From a virus (taxonomy: Duplodnaviria; Heunggongvirae; Uroviricota; Caudoviricetes): a DNA stretch of 64,000 bases. Below the pieces are notes generated by a model that did not search any database, was not told where the DNA came from, and worked only from the letters and a program-made list of their open reading frames with translations. Below are positions 7,666 through 18,264 of the stretch, in pieces. Within the stretch, counting starts at the first letter, position 1. Every line of letters starts with the position of its first letter. A program made the position numbers and the translations under genes. The stretch lies in IMG/VR virus record IMGVR_UViG_2511231131_000001; one strand, 5' to 3'.

Positions 7666-10600
7666 TCAACTCTCGCGTAGTCATTCATCAACGGATCATC
7701 AATTGACAGTGGCACCGTGCGCATAACGCCCGGTTGAGGCGTGCTGACCTTTACGACAGTTCCCTGGCCTTTCGCCGAGTCTTTAGTGTGCTCTTCAATC
7801 CTGGCAAGCAATGAGGTCATCTGCGCAAACAGCCGCTTCGTTTCACCATCAAGTGAAACGGTATTATCAGCCAACTGCATTGTCGGCTTGGCACCGGAGC
7901 CGCCAAGGTCACTAATAACCTGTCCGTCTATCTGCATACGACCGGTTGGTTGCTGCAAATCGTTGGCGGCAGTCGTCACCTGGGACGTGGAGGCTGGTTC
8001 AGGCGCATTATTTTTCCGCATCCCCGGCGAGTTGCGGAGTTTATCAAATAGTCCATCAATCCCCATTTGTGCGCCGAGTTGGTCAAAGTAACTTGAGTTG
8101 CTGGCCACCGGACGCGCCTCTTCAACTGGCATCGGAGTATCAACATACACATTGCCAGCTGCTGTTGCGGTCCCCTTCCCTCGTGCACGTTCTTCGAGCG
8201 TTCCCTGAACGACTTCCCGACGCATACCCCGGCCATTCATGAATTTGTTGACCAGATCGTTAACGCCAACAGCATTGCCAATTTTGTCTACCAGACCGCC
8301 TTTCTCAAACGGGCTATCACCAGGGGTAAACGCCAGGCCAGTAGACTGATCGATAACAGCGTTATCAGGCAGTGGTCCCCTCACTCCATATTGCGCCCCA
8401 CCCTGTGCTCCTGCTCCAGGTGTATAGATTTCACCACCTAAATAGCGAGCACGATGAGTATTGACCTTGATCGCGTACTCACGGTTTTCTTTCGATAAGT
8501 CACCTGTGCCTTTTTTCCACTTATTGATAGTGCCAAACCCAGCATTATATGCAGTGATGGCCTCGTTTAAGTCTCCATTGGCTTGCTTCAGATATTTGCT
8601 CATGAGAAGAGCCGCAGCTTCTGCCGATTTCACAGGATCAAACGATTCACCTTCAGCTAAGCCAGTCTCTTCACGAGCAATCCCCGTGAACTGAAACATC
8701 CCCAGAGCACCGGTTTGGGATTTTGCATACGGATTACCACCAGATTCAGTTGCAGCAATCGCGTAAAGAGTGCCTTCTGGAAGACCGTATTTATTCTCTA
8801 GTTCGGCAAAATACGGAGCCAACTTATCGAGATTTGCCTTACCTTCAGCGCCAAGACTTCCGACTTTTACATCCAAGTTGCCATTGTTGTAGGTATCCGC
8901 AGCTTTCTGAATGTCATTCCTGGTGCCAGTGGTATTAAGCGACGATGATGACGAGCTATTTTGACCAATAGCTTTATCAATTTTCTGCAACGCGCTATTG
9001 CCCGTTTCTACGGCATTTGCATTGATAATCTGATTAGCAGTTTCTTTAACTGTTTTATTGCTATCTTTCGCCGTGTCCAGTGCCGCATTTATCACGCGGG
9101 TAACAATATTAGTCTGTTTGGCATCGGATTCAGTTTTAGAATCAGATGTCTCCTGGTGGCTATTAACCGGAGCTTTTAACTCTGGAGTGATTTCTTTCGC
9201 ATTAGCCTCGCCGATCGGATTGGGTATTTTTGATACAATCATTGCCGCAGGGGTATTTTTAACGGCATCAACCGCTGCATCTAATGCTTTACCTGGTAAA
9301 TTTTTAACCCCATCCCAAATATTACCAGCCGCCTCTTTAATGTGTTTCCCTGGGTTCTTAATGAAATCAATTGCACTATCAATTGCATCACTGAAAACCT
9401 GTTTCAGGTTATCGACAGTAAAGAAGTCTTTGATGGCATCCAGCTTTTCAAGCAGCTTATTAGATGTATCGCTAAACCATGCTGAAACAGCATCACCAAT
9501 CTTTGCTGTGTAATCATCGAACTTGGTAGAAATGGTGTCGCCAAGGTTAGAAATATATGTTTCTAAGTTGGTAATCCCACTATCAATGGCATGGGCAATA
9601 CTTTCCGTCGAAAATGATTGCAACATATTGCCGATATCCTCAAATCCAAGTGATTTGAGAACCTCACCAATGGCGCTGCTAATACCAGATACCAGTCCCC
9701 CCATATCAAGAATATTAGCTAACGTATAAGCGGCTTTTTGCTGGAATGATGGATCTTGTCCTGATTTAAGCCCAAACGCTCGACGTTGCGCTTCTGTATC
9801 ATTCCAACCGGTTACCGCATCATAAATACCTCCAACCACTGTGCCGACTAGGGGAATTGCGCGTAACGCCCCTTTACCAACTGCCTTTAATCCAAGTTTA
9901 CCTGCTGCCCGGGCAGCCAAATCTCCGCCTTCATGGGCGAGAGTCTTCTTACCACCACCGCGTAGCATTCCTACAAGTTTCTTTGCCCCCAGAGCGCCAA
10001 AAGCGAGTGCTCCAGCTTTTTTCAGCATGCCACGCCCCATTAACAACGACGCGACGCCACCGGCCCCCTTCCCTAACAGGCTAAATAGTTTGGACAGCAA
10101 GCCGCCCTTCTTTTTCCCGGTGTTTTTGGCTATCTGATCAAGGGCGCTGAGAATCTTGTCATTGCCCTCTTTAATTTCGCTGGTCTGCTCCTGAAGTTCC
10201 TGAACCGTCCGTTTTTGGGTGTTAACCTGAACGACATCGGCACTATTTTGCGATTTACGCCTAAAAAAACCTTTTCTACGGCTGTTATCGTCATTGCCAC
10301 GAATCACATCGGCAATAGACTTTCTGGCACCATTAAGCGATCCGCCAACTTCTTTTGATATCCCGCCAAGCTCCTTCCCTGCTGCCCACAATGGACCTGC
10401 AACGGCATAACCTAACGCATCGACAGCACGAGTCTCTGAAGGGTTACCTATGCCTTCAGCTACTTTTGACAGTTTTTTTAATAAACCTGATTCAGCATTT
10501 AGACGCTCATCATCCTCTTTTCGCCTGGCCTTTTCTGCTCGTTCAGCACGGGCATCTTCCGCTGCGGCCTTACTCCCTGACTTTCCAATAAAACGACCAC

Positions 10601-11054
10601 GCGCATCGCGTTGGTTTTGGCTTTTTTGCGCACCGCCTTTTTGACCGAACATTTCGCGAGCGTGTTCGGCTGCTTCGGTCCGTTGTGCCTTTACATCCTC
10701 TGGTATAGCCTTCCTGCGTCGTTTTTTACCCTTTGGTGTGGTTGATTTGGCCCGCTGTTCCTGTTGAGCAACATCTTCCTGAACTACACGAGAAACGTCC
10801 CCTAAATTAAGCCGTTTCATTGCCTCAACAATAGGGTCCACTGATGGCGCATTGGCCACAAAGTCTGGCCGGGAATTTTCGATTGTGCGATTTAATGCCG
10901 ACACACTGCGAGAGACAGGATCAACAGTTGCAACGCGTCCCCCTTTCAAATCTTCAACAGCTTCCCGGATACCTGCAAGCTCTTCCAGCTCTTTTGCACT
11001 GGCGGTTTCAACTGTCCTTATAACATCGTCAATGTTGGCGTTTTTTCTTTCCAT
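7662..11054 (-). CDS. sit: Sit-like tape-measure/internal injection protein with lytic transglycosylase domain
   Basis: 1130 aa; SLT motifs ...AIAATESGGNPYA..GALGMFQF..ITAYNAG; Gly/Lys-rich low-complexity segments. Confidence 0.75.
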   Translation of the reverse strand: MERKNANIDDVIRTVETASAKELEELAGIREAVEDLKGGRVATVDPVSRSVSALNRTIENSRPDFVANAPSVDPIVEAMKRLNLGDVSRVVQEDVAQQEQRAKSTTPKGKKRRRKAIPEDVKAQRTEAAEHAREMFGQKGGAQKSQNQRDARGRFIGKSGSKAAAEDARAERAEKARRKEDDERLNAESGLLKKLSKVAEGIGNPSETRAVDALGYAVAGPLWAAGKELGGISKEVGGSLNGARKSIADVIRGNDDNSRRKGFFRRKSQNSADVVQVNTQKRTVQELQEQTSEIKEGNDKILSALDQIAKNTGKKKGGLLSKLFSLLGKGAGGVASLLMGRGMLKKAGALAFGALGAKKLVGMLRGGGKKTLAHEGGDLAARAAGKLGLKAVGKGALRAIPLVGTVVGGIYDAVTGWNDTEAQRRAFGLKSGQDPSFQQKAAYTLANILDMGGLVSGISSAIGEVLKSLGFEDIGNMLQSFSTESIAHAIDSGITNLETYISNLGDTISTKFDDYTAKIGDAVSAWFSDTSNKLLEKLDAIKDFFTVDNLKQVFSDAIDSAIDFIKNPGKHIKEAAGNIWDGVKNLPGKALDAAVDAVKNTPAAMIVSKIPNPIGEANAKEITPELKAPVNSHQETSDSKTESDAKQTNIVTRVINAALDTAKDSNKTVKETANQIINANAVETGNSALQKIDKAIGQNSSSSSSLNTTGTRNDIQKAADTYNNGNLDVKVGSLGAEGKANLDKLAPYFAELENKYGLPEGTLYAIAATESGGNPYAKSQTGALGMFQFTGIAREETGLAEGESFDPVKSAEAAALLMSKYLKQANGDLNEAITAYNAGFGTINKWKKGTGDLSKENREYAIKVNTHRARYLGGEIYTPGAGAQGGAQYGVRGPLPDNAVIDQSTGLAFTPGDSPFEKGGLVDKIGNAVGVNDLVNKFMNGRGMRREVVQGTLEERARGKGTATAAGNVYVDTPMPVEEARPVASNSSYFDQLGAQMGIDGLFDKLRNSPGMRKNNAPEPASTSQVTTAANDLQQPTGRMQIDGQVISDLGGSGAKPTMQLADNTVSLDGETKRLFAQMTSLLARIEEHTKDSAKGQGTVVKVSTPQPGVMRTVPLSIDDPLMNDYARVD

Positions 11055-11135
11055 GATCTTATCGCCTACCGTTTCGGTTTAAGTTTTTCTTCCAGTTTCT
11101 CCAACAGGAAAAACGCATAGGATTCAGTAAGCCTT

Positions 11136-12017
11136 TCAGCGTCCTGAATCGGTATACCCCCATACAAAACCAGGTTGGACACTAAGGTCTGATAGCTTTT
11201 CAATCCCCACCTGTGGAATGAAGTCGGTAGCCCGAAAGGGCACCCACAGACGGGTATACGCACCCTCTGTGGACTCCTTTTTATCCTGATTTGGGCATTT
11301 ATGCGGCGGGAGACGAAGACGCATTTCACCTTTATCGATGTAGCACGGTAAACCATGTTCGAGCTTTTCATGAGCCAGTCGGATGTGTGCCGCCAGCTTC
11401 ATAAATTCAGTATCAATGGCCATCCGTTTAATCGTTTCATAACGACGCTCAGCCTGATCTTCACGAGTACCGCTAACATCGTTATAAAGCTCACACTGAT
11501 AAGCGAATTCCCAAAAACGCAAATCAACGATCGCTTCTTTGAATTCCGCGTCGTCTTCAGGTGGCAATGCTGCACGGCGCATCTCCAGCATTTCCATTGC
11601 CCAACCATCAAGCGGCACGATACGCCATTGATAAGGTACTCCCTCTACAGACACCTCAATATCGTCAATGAAAGGTTCCACTTCCAGGACCTGGATATCT
11701 TCAGCCAGAGCATTCATATCGCAATCGTAATAATGCTCTTTACCGCAATGTTTACAGGTGTAAGTGAATGTCTCGACCGGTGTTTCACGGGAGCCGGTAA
11801 ATATCCACCATAACGCGGTAATCCGGTCCTGCGCCGTCCATGTCAGGGGATCATGTTTCGCGGGTTCAGCCAGCAAGGCTTTTAAATACGCCGTTGTCTG
11901 TTGTTCTTGTTCCTCCGGTGTTATCGAGTTGAAACGCATCGCATCAGCAATATTTGGCTGACGGAACTGGATCAATTCAGTTGGCCGCGATGGTAGCGGG
12001 AAAAGGGGTAAAAGCAT
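11136..12017 (-). CDS. tail morphogenesis protein (hypothetical)
   Basis: 293 aa; CKHCGKEHYYDC metal-binding-like motif; function by position only. Confidence 0.4.
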   Translation of the reverse strand: MLLPLFPLPSRPTELIQFRQPNIADAMRFNSITPEEQEQQTTAYLKALLAEPAKHDPLTWTAQDRITALWWIFTGSRETPVETFTYTCKHCGKEHYYDCDMNALAEDIQVLEVEPFIDDIEVSVEGVPYQWRIVPLDGWAMEMLEMRRAALPPEDDAEFKEAIVDLRFWEFAYQCELYNDVSGTREDQAERRYETIKRMAIDTEFMKLAAHIRLAHEKLEHGLPCYIDKGEMRLRLPPHKCPNQDKKESTEGAYTRLWVPFRATDFIPQVGIEKLSDLSVQPGFVWGYTDSGR

Positions 12018-12031
12018 CCTTGCTCCTTAAT

Positions 12032-12643
12032 TCAAAGAGAAAAACTAAAGCCCAGAAGGGAAGCCAAAGAACTTGAGGATTGGTTAAACGTGCTGTGCAA
12101 TGCGAAGGTCATTGGGAATGACTTAAATTCCGTAACCTGATCCCGCGCATAGGTGACATCGCCGGTAGTGACCGGGAATACAGTCATCTCATTTTCCAGT
12201 TTGGTTAAGCCGGAAGACAGCAACCGATAAATACGCACATTGAGCAAATATTTAGACGGTATATTCCCGGTACCGTCTGGATTAATCACCCGACTTTTTG
12301 CCGTCTTAAACCAGTCCAAAACGAGGCCATCAACGGTATCCCTGACCATCATTGTTATCTGCCCTGGCGAACGCTCCGTTGGTTGAAGGATATTCCCTCC
12401 GCCGATTTTAATCGTTTCATATTCGATGCTGTAATCGTGGTAGGTAATGTCTTTAGCAAAGAAGTCTGCCCCCTCCAGACCATCAACTTCGACAGAGAAC
12501 TGCCATCCTTGCGCGAACAGCATTTTGTTCATGATGATTGACGTCAGCTTACCAACTTCCCGCTCACCAACGCCGGAGCCAAATAATGTCGTCGTTAATG
12601 CCGAAGATACATAAGACTTTACTGAAGCAACATTAAGCCCCAT
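12032..12643 (-). CDS. tail structural protein (P1 tub position)
   Basis: 203 aa; synteny only. Confidence 0.35.
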   Translation of the reverse strand: MGLNVASVKSYVSSALTTTLFGSGVGEREVGKLTSIIMNKMLFAQGWQFSVEVDGLEGADFFAKDITYHDYSIEYETIKIGGGNILQPTERSPGQITMMVRDTVDGLVLDWFKTAKSRVINPDGTGNIPSKYLLNVRIYRLLSSGLTKLENEMTVFPVTTGDVTYARDQVTEFKSFPMTFALHSTFNQSSSSLASLLGFSFSL

Positions 12644-12653
12644 ATCAGCCCCC

Positions 12654-13244
<591 letters not shown>

Positions 13245-13373
13245 TTAACCGATTCTACGAGTAGTCATTTGTTCATTGAGTAGGAATATTGTTGTCTGGG
13301 GGGTAATCAGTGTAGGTGGAATGAGGGATATGATATGGTTATCACATAATCAGGTTGTTTTGAGTAAAACAAT

Positions 13374-13400
13374 AAAACGCCCTTTAATGGGCGTTTTTTT
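13374..13400. terminator. intrinsic terminator, bidirectional hairpin
   Basis: AAAACGCCC-TTTAAT-GGGCGTTTTTTT. Confidence 0.6.
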
Positions 13401-13428
13401 AAACTTAAATTGACTATCCTTTCAAATA

Positions 13429-14241
13429 CTATTTTAATTCTATGTAATTTTTAAATTCTCCCTCATATTTATACATGATGCTATCAAATCCTTCCATTAC
13501 ATCAACGAATTGTTGTGAACATTCCGGCTTCCAAGGCGTACACTTACGAACCATATCCATTTTTTTCTTATCCTTCGTTGTATCGACTAAGGATAGGTAC
13601 CCTATAAAATTCATCATCTGAACAGGATCTTGATTTGTGAATATATATTTGACGTTTTGCTTAGTAGGCGAAAAAGAATCAAAAGCAGGGAACATATATT
13701 CACCAGAAAAAGAGAGTGCAGCATCAATGACGTCTGTTGCAGGAGTGCAGTTGCTCAGAATTGGCACTAAGCTAAAATTAGCACCTGAGCACACTGCATA
13801 TATATCATCCCCTTTTTTTAGTTTTAACAGAGAGTCTTGCTTTGAATCCAATATTTTCAATTTGATATAATTTAGTGGCGTTGCATTTTCCCCTGGAGTA
13901 AATAACTCTACAATTGGTTTATTATTCACCATTCTTATGGATTTTATTTCACCATACACAATTGGAATTGTGTTCCATTTTTCCTGAGCAGCAAATTCAT
14001 TATCTTTAAAATCATTAACCAACTCAGATGGCAAATGATAACCAAATTGATTGTTCATTGCTTTCGAAGCAAATCCAGACAAATAGAATGCCCTTACTAA
14101 ATCATAATCTTTCTTTGAGGTAGAAAGCCAATCTGGCAATTTATTATCAGCTATCGCGCTTCCAGCAAAAATAGCACAACAAAATGTTATTACATTAAAT
14201 AATTTCATTTTCCATTCACTCATTAATCGGTTTAAACTCAC
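13429..14241 (-). CDS. secreted/periplasmic protein, candidate superinfection-exclusion (Sim-like position)
   Basis: Signal peptide MKLFNVITFCCAIFAGSAIA; AT-rich codon usage unlike neighbours; lies where P1 carries sim. Confidence 0.4.
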   Translation of the reverse strand: MSLNRLMSEWKMKLFNVITFCCAIFAGSAIADNKLPDWLSTSKKDYDLVRAFYLSGFASKAMNNQFGYHLPSELVNDFKDNEFAAQEKWNTIPIVYGEIKSIRMVNNKPIVELFTPGENATPLNYIKLKILDSKQDSLLKLKKGDDIYAVCSGANFSLVPILSNCTPATDVIDAALSFSGEYMFPAFDSFSPTKQNVKYIFTNQDPVQMMNFIGYLSLVDTTKDKKKMDMVRKCTPWKPECSQQFVDVMEGFDSIMYKYEGEFKNYIELK

Positions 14242-14551
14242 TAATTAATTCACCAAGACTATTTGGGTATGCTTTATAAATAACATACTCCGAAGAGCCA
14301 TCTGAATATTGGTAAACCCCATAACAGACCAGTTTATTTATTCCTTTCTGAATAGTTTTTTGATTATAAGAATCAACCACTGTTATTCCATATGACGATA
14401 ATATTTCGTTATATTCTTCAATAAGAGCTTTTCTTGTTTCCACTGAATTACAATCTACCTTCGAAAAGTCAACTTCATCAGCAAAAACATTAAATGTTAA
14501 AAAGGAAAGCACTAAAAACAAACGAATCAGCATAAATCCACTCCTACGCAT
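14216..14551 (-). CDS. small secreted protein
   Basis: Signal peptide MLIRLFLVLSFLTFNVFA; overlaps upstream gene end. Confidence 0.4.
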   Translation of the reverse strand: MRRSGFMLIRLFLVLSFLTFNVFADEVDFSKVDCNSVETRKALIEEYNEILSSYGITVVDSYNQKTIQKGINKLVCYGVYQYSDGSSEYVIYKAYPNSLGELISEFKPINE

Positions 14552-14554
14552 GGA

Positions 14555-14686
14555 TTAATAGTCATTGATCGCAAAGGCGTAAACTTGCCAAAGGTATTTC
14601 GTATAATCGGTACAAATCTCCTTTACGCTTGATGCTGCATTAACAGTCCCAGCCATAAATAATAACGATAGTAATAGTTTTCTCAT
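14555..14686 (-). CDS. 43-aa secreted peptide, below the ORF-track cutoff
   Basis: MRKLLLSLLFMAGTVNAASSVKEICTDYTKYLWQVYAFAINDY; RBS AGGTGAGG 6 nt upstream. Confidence 0.35.
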   Translation of the reverse strand: MRKLLLSLLFMAGTVNAASSVKEICTDYTKYLWQVYAFAINDY

Positions 14687-14782
14687 TATAACCTCACCTG
14701 CCTTATAACCCATTTAGGGTACATATTTTCGCCTTTAAAAAAAAGAGGTTATTAGATCCAACTGTGTATTTATTAAGCAGAT

Positions 14783-14799
14783 AATGCTCTAATAAATTT
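14783..14799 (+). promoter_or_regulatory. C1-type operator (AATGCTCTAATAAATTT)
   Basis: 16/17 match to recalled P1 C1 operator consensus ATTGCTCTAATAAATTT; upstream of the c4/icd/ant-like module. Confidence 0.6.
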
Positions 14800-15113
14800 G
14801 TATTTTTAAGTCACGAATGCTATCTTTTCGCATCATATTGACCTTTTAATCGTTCAGGCTTATAGTTCCGCCGTCGTAGCAAATTCTGCGACCGGGTTTA
14901 GCAGCCTGAATGATTGTGCGGACAGCCGCAGATATCCGATATTGCGGTATTTTTGTGTCCGTAAAACCGCGTTACGCCCAAATTATGGTGGGGCGTGATG
15001 GGGAGGCTTCGGCCTGCTGGTTTCACAATCGCCAGTCTGCTAACCCCGTCACGTCCTGCCACCTGTTTAGCAGCGGGTAGCAGGTTGTTAAACCTGATTG
15101 TGAGGCCGTAACT

Positions 15114-15335
15114 ATGGTTAATGCCAATCCTTGCGCACGCCCAGAATTCATCTGGCGTTTCTATTCCTGTAAAAAACACCACTATCACTTCGTTATCGCA
15201 GCAACTGAAGACGAAGCACGCTCTCAATTGCCTGATGGCCCCTGCATTTTTACTGCCCGTTTTTCAACTAACTCGCGCAATTCACTTAGTTACTGGAGCC
15301 TCCCCTTCTCTGCCGACGTTCAGGGGGGTTTATGA
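15114..15335 (+). CDS. icd: Icd-like small protein translationally coupled to ant
   Basis: 73 aa; stop overlaps ant start (ATGA); position matches P1 ImmI; sequence identity not verified. Confidence 0.35.
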   Translation: MVNANPCARPEFIWRFYSCKKHHYHFVIAATEDEARSQLPDGPCIFTARFSTNSRNSLSYWSLPFSADVQGGL

Positions 15336-16375
15336 AAAAACCTCTCGTCACCCGTAATGACATAGCCGAAGCGATCGCCCTGCATACTGCCTGTATACCG
15401 ACACGGGAGATCCCCGGCGCAATTGCCAACTATTTCATGATAACCAGGCGTTTTTATACCCGAACAGATAAGGCTGTGATCAACAGGCTACTGATAGCCG
15501 AGATCAGGGATTATTTGATTGAACAAGGACGTCTACGTTACGCAACGGTGGCAGCAGAAATGAGAAAGGAGGCACATAGAATGACCAGTAATAATTTGAA
15601 TGTTAAAAAACCAGCACCTGTTGCTTCAGCAACGCCAGCACCAGCCGTGAATGTCATCCCCACCACCGGAGACACAATCGACAGCCTGACACTGTTAAAG
15701 ATGGTCAATGAAGCGCGTAAGTTATGTGGGGAACCAGAGGTTCGGAACAACAAATTCATCGAAAAAATACTCGACGAATTAGAAGGTGAGGACGGTTACA
15801 CAAAAAGTGCAACCGTGCCGCCAGGTGGCGGTACGCCTATGGTTGTCATAACCATGACCTACAAACAAGCCCTGCGAGTCGCCGCGCGCGAATCGAAAGC
15901 GGTCCGCCGTTCGCTGATCGACAAACTGGAAGAATTGCAGCAGGCAAACTCCCCTACCCCATCGATCCCCCAAACATTACCAGAAGCCCTACGCCTGGCT
16001 GCCGAGTTGGCAGAACAGAAATTGCAGCTGGAACAACAGCTGGTGGCCGCAGCCCCTAAAGTCGATTTTGCCGACCGGGTATCAGTGGCTAATGGAATCC
16101 TGATCGGGAACTTTGCAAAGGTCGTTGGACTTAAGCAAAACGCCCTTTTCTCATGGTTGCGCCAGAACGGCATTCTCATGGCTTTTGGTGCGCGCAAAAA
16201 CGTACCGCGCCAGCAGTACATTAACGCCGGGTATTTCACGGTGAAAGAAGTGGTGCTGGATGATGAAAATGGCTACCAGATACGGCTGACGCCCCAATTA
16301 ACGGGTAAAGGCCAGCAGTGGTTAACTCGCAAGCTACTTGATGCTGGTTTGTTAAAACCAGTAGCAATAGGTTAA
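15332..16375 (+). CDS. ant: antirepressor (Ant-like) with KilA-C-type C-terminal domain
   Basis: 347 aa; C-terminal 130 aa about 60% identical to KilA C-terminus (PEALRLAAELAEQK..APKV.FA.RV....G.LIGN.AKV.GL.QN). Confidence 0.5.
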   Translation: MKKPLVTRNDIAEAIALHTACIPTREIPGAIANYFMITRRFYTRTDKAVINRLLIAEIRDYLIEQGRLRYATVAAEMRKEAHRMTSNNLNVKKPAPVASATPAPAVNVIPTTGDTIDSLTLLKMVNEARKLCGEPEVRNNKFIEKILDELEGEDGYTKSATVPPGGGTPMVVITMTYKQALRVAARESKAVRRSLIDKLEELQQANSPTPSIPQTLPEALRLAAELAEQKLQLEQQLVAAAPKVDFADRVSVANGILIGNFAKVVGLKQNALFSWLRQNGILMAFGARKNVPRQQYINAGYFTVKEVVLDDENGYQIRLTPQLTGKGQQWLTRKLLDAGLLKPVAIG

Positions 16376-16452
16376 CAAAAGAAAAAACCTGCCAGCAAAC
16401 TGGCAGGTTTCTGAGCAGATCGACCAACCCGATCTGGATCGAGTCAGAAAAA

Positions 16453-16469
16453 TTTGCTCTAATAAATTT
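16453..16469 (+). promoter_or_regulatory. C1-type operator (TTTGCTCTAATAAATTT) upstream of kilA-repL
   Basis: 16/17 consensus match; position equivalent to the P1 lytic-replicon operator. Confidence 0.6.
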
Positions 16470-16538
16470 CGTTTTCTAAGTGCAAAGAATCACCATTTCG
16501 AGCTGGTGATTGAAGGTTGATGCAAATTTGGAGAAAAA

Positions 16539-17339
16539 ATGCAACAAACATTCAATGCGGATATGAATATATCAAACCTTCATCAAAATGTCGATCCTTC
16601 AACCACTCTGCCTGTTATTTGTGGTGTTGAAATTACGACCGACCGCGCTGGCCGTTACAACCTTAATGCTCTACACAGAGCGAGCGGACTCGGTGCCCAT
16701 AAAGCGCCAGCTCAATGGCTAAGAACGCTGTCAGCCAAACAGCTCATCGAAGAGCTTGAAAAAGAAACTATGCAGAATTGCATAGTTTCGTTCGAAGGCC
16801 GTGGCGGCGGCACTTTTGCCCATGAATTGCTCGCTGTGGAGTACGCAGGCTGGATTTCTCCCGCGTTTCGGCTGAAGGTAAACCAGACATTTATCGACTA
16901 TCGAGCCGGAAGATTACAACCTGCTATTCCGCAGAGTCTCCCTGAAGCTCTCCGTTTGGCTGCCGACCTGGCAGAGCAAAAGCAACGGCTGGAGCAAAAA
17001 ATGCTTATGGATGCACCTAAAGTCGAATTCGCCGAACGCGTTGCTACCGCCAGCGGGGTTCTAATCGGCAACTATGCCAAAGTGCTCGGTCTGGGCCAAA
17101 ACTATCTCTTCACCTGGTTGCGTGATAACGGAATTCTGATCGCAACCGGTGAACGCAGGAACGTCCCCAAACAAGAATACATATCCCGTGGGTATTTCAC
17201 CCTTAAAGAAACCGTGATCGATACAAGCAATGGAAGCAGGATTTCTTTCACGACTCGTATAACCGGCAAAGGTCAGAAGTGGCTGATGAAGCGATTGCTT
17301 GATGCTGGTGTGCTGGTACCTGTCGCGGCAACGCGCTAA
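16539..17339 (+). CDS. kilA: KilA (KilA-N plus antirepressor C domain)
   Basis: 266 aa as in P1; RYNLNALHRASG..KAP.QWL KilA-N-like region. Confidence 0.6.
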   Translation: MQQTFNADMNISNLHQNVDPSTTLPVICGVEITTDRAGRYNLNALHRASGLGAHKAPAQWLRTLSAKQLIEELEKETMQNCIVSFEGRGGGTFAHELLAVEYAGWISPAFRLKVNQTFIDYRAGRLQPAIPQSLPEALRLAADLAEQKQRLEQKMLMDAPKVEFAERVATASGVLIGNYAKVLGLGQNYLFTWLRDNGILIATGERRNVPKQEYISRGYFTLKETVIDTSNGSRISFTTRITGKGQKWLMKRLLDAGVLVPVAATR

Positions 17340-17368
17340 CAGACGTAGTAAGAACCACCAGCATTGTA

Positions 17369-18214
17369 ATGCTGGCTAAAGTCACTTTCCTGAGCTGTAT
17401 AACGATGAGCGATTTTACTTTTTCTGGCTATGAATTGGCCTGCTTTGTAACACACTCCGGTCTATCCCGTAGCGCCGGGCATATCCTGTCGCAATGTGCA
17501 AATCTAGCGGCAACAACCAGTGAATACTTCATTCACAAGCCTCACCGCCTGATCGCGGCAGAAACTGGTTATAGCCAATCAACCGTCGTTCGTGCATTCC
17601 GTGAAGCTGTAAACAAAGGAATTCTGTCTGTAGAGATTGTTATCGGCGATCACCATGAACGTCGCGCTAACCTGTACCGGTTTACACCATCCTTTTTGGC
17701 CTTCGCACAACAAGCCAAAAATGCGCTGATTGAAAGCAAATTAAAGATCTCTTCAGCGGCAACCAAGGTTAAAGCTGTTCTCGCTAAGACATTGGCTTTA
17801 TTTAATTTTTTATCCACACCCCCATGTCAAAATGATACCCCCTCCCCCTGTCAGGATGACGTGGCAATAAAGAATAAGAAGTCACAAGTTAAAAAAACAA
17901 AAAGATCAGTTTCCGGCGGTGCCGGAACGAGCAGACTCAAAAAATTGACTTCATGGATCGCTGAGGCAAAAGCAAAGGCTGACAATCTGCGGTTATCCAA
18001 AAAACGCGCTCAAAAACATGAGTTCAAGCAGAAAGTAGAGGCGGCAGCGCGGAAATATGCTTACCTGAAGAACAAGCGTTCTCCTGATATTGGCGGGGTA
18101 TCAAACTTCGATAATTTGCCGCATTGCATGACGGTAAACGAAGCTCTTAATGCGATTTTAGCCAAAAATAAAGATAACGAAAAATGGGGTATACCGGCAG
18201 GATTCAGGGGGTGA
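17369..18214 (+). CDS. repL: RepL lytic replication initiator
   Basis: 281 aa, follows kilA under a C1 operator; matches recalled P1 RepL size and N-terminus. Confidence 0.6.
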   Translation: MLAKVTFLSCITMSDFTFSGYELACFVTHSGLSRSAGHILSQCANLAATTSEYFIHKPHRLIAAETGYSQSTVVRAFREAVNKGILSVEIVIGDHHERRANLYRFTPSFLAFAQQAKNALIESKLKISSAATKVKAVLAKTLALFNFLSTPPCQNDTPSPCQDDVAIKNKKSQVKKTKRSVSGGAGTSRLKKLTSWIAEAKAKADNLRLSKKRAQKHEFKQKVEAAARKYAYLKNKRSPDIGGVSNFDNLPHCMTVNEALNAILAKNKDNEKWGIPAGFRG

Positions 18215-18264
18215 TAGATTGCTCTAATCTGGAGTCACCTGGCGTTTTCAGTTTGAGGTCGGAG

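Noticed and set aside
7741-10644. Plus-strand ORFs inside sit (7741..8091, 9058..9513, 9841..10137 and others)
   Set aside because: Entirely embedded antisense in a well-supported 1130-aa gene; Pro/Ser/Ala-rich translations typical of the reverse frame of a GC-rich gene.
14898-15227. Minus-strand ORF of 109 aa overlapping the icd-like gene and predicted c4 region
   Set aside because: Cys-rich, no RBS, antisense to the coupled icd-ant reading frames.
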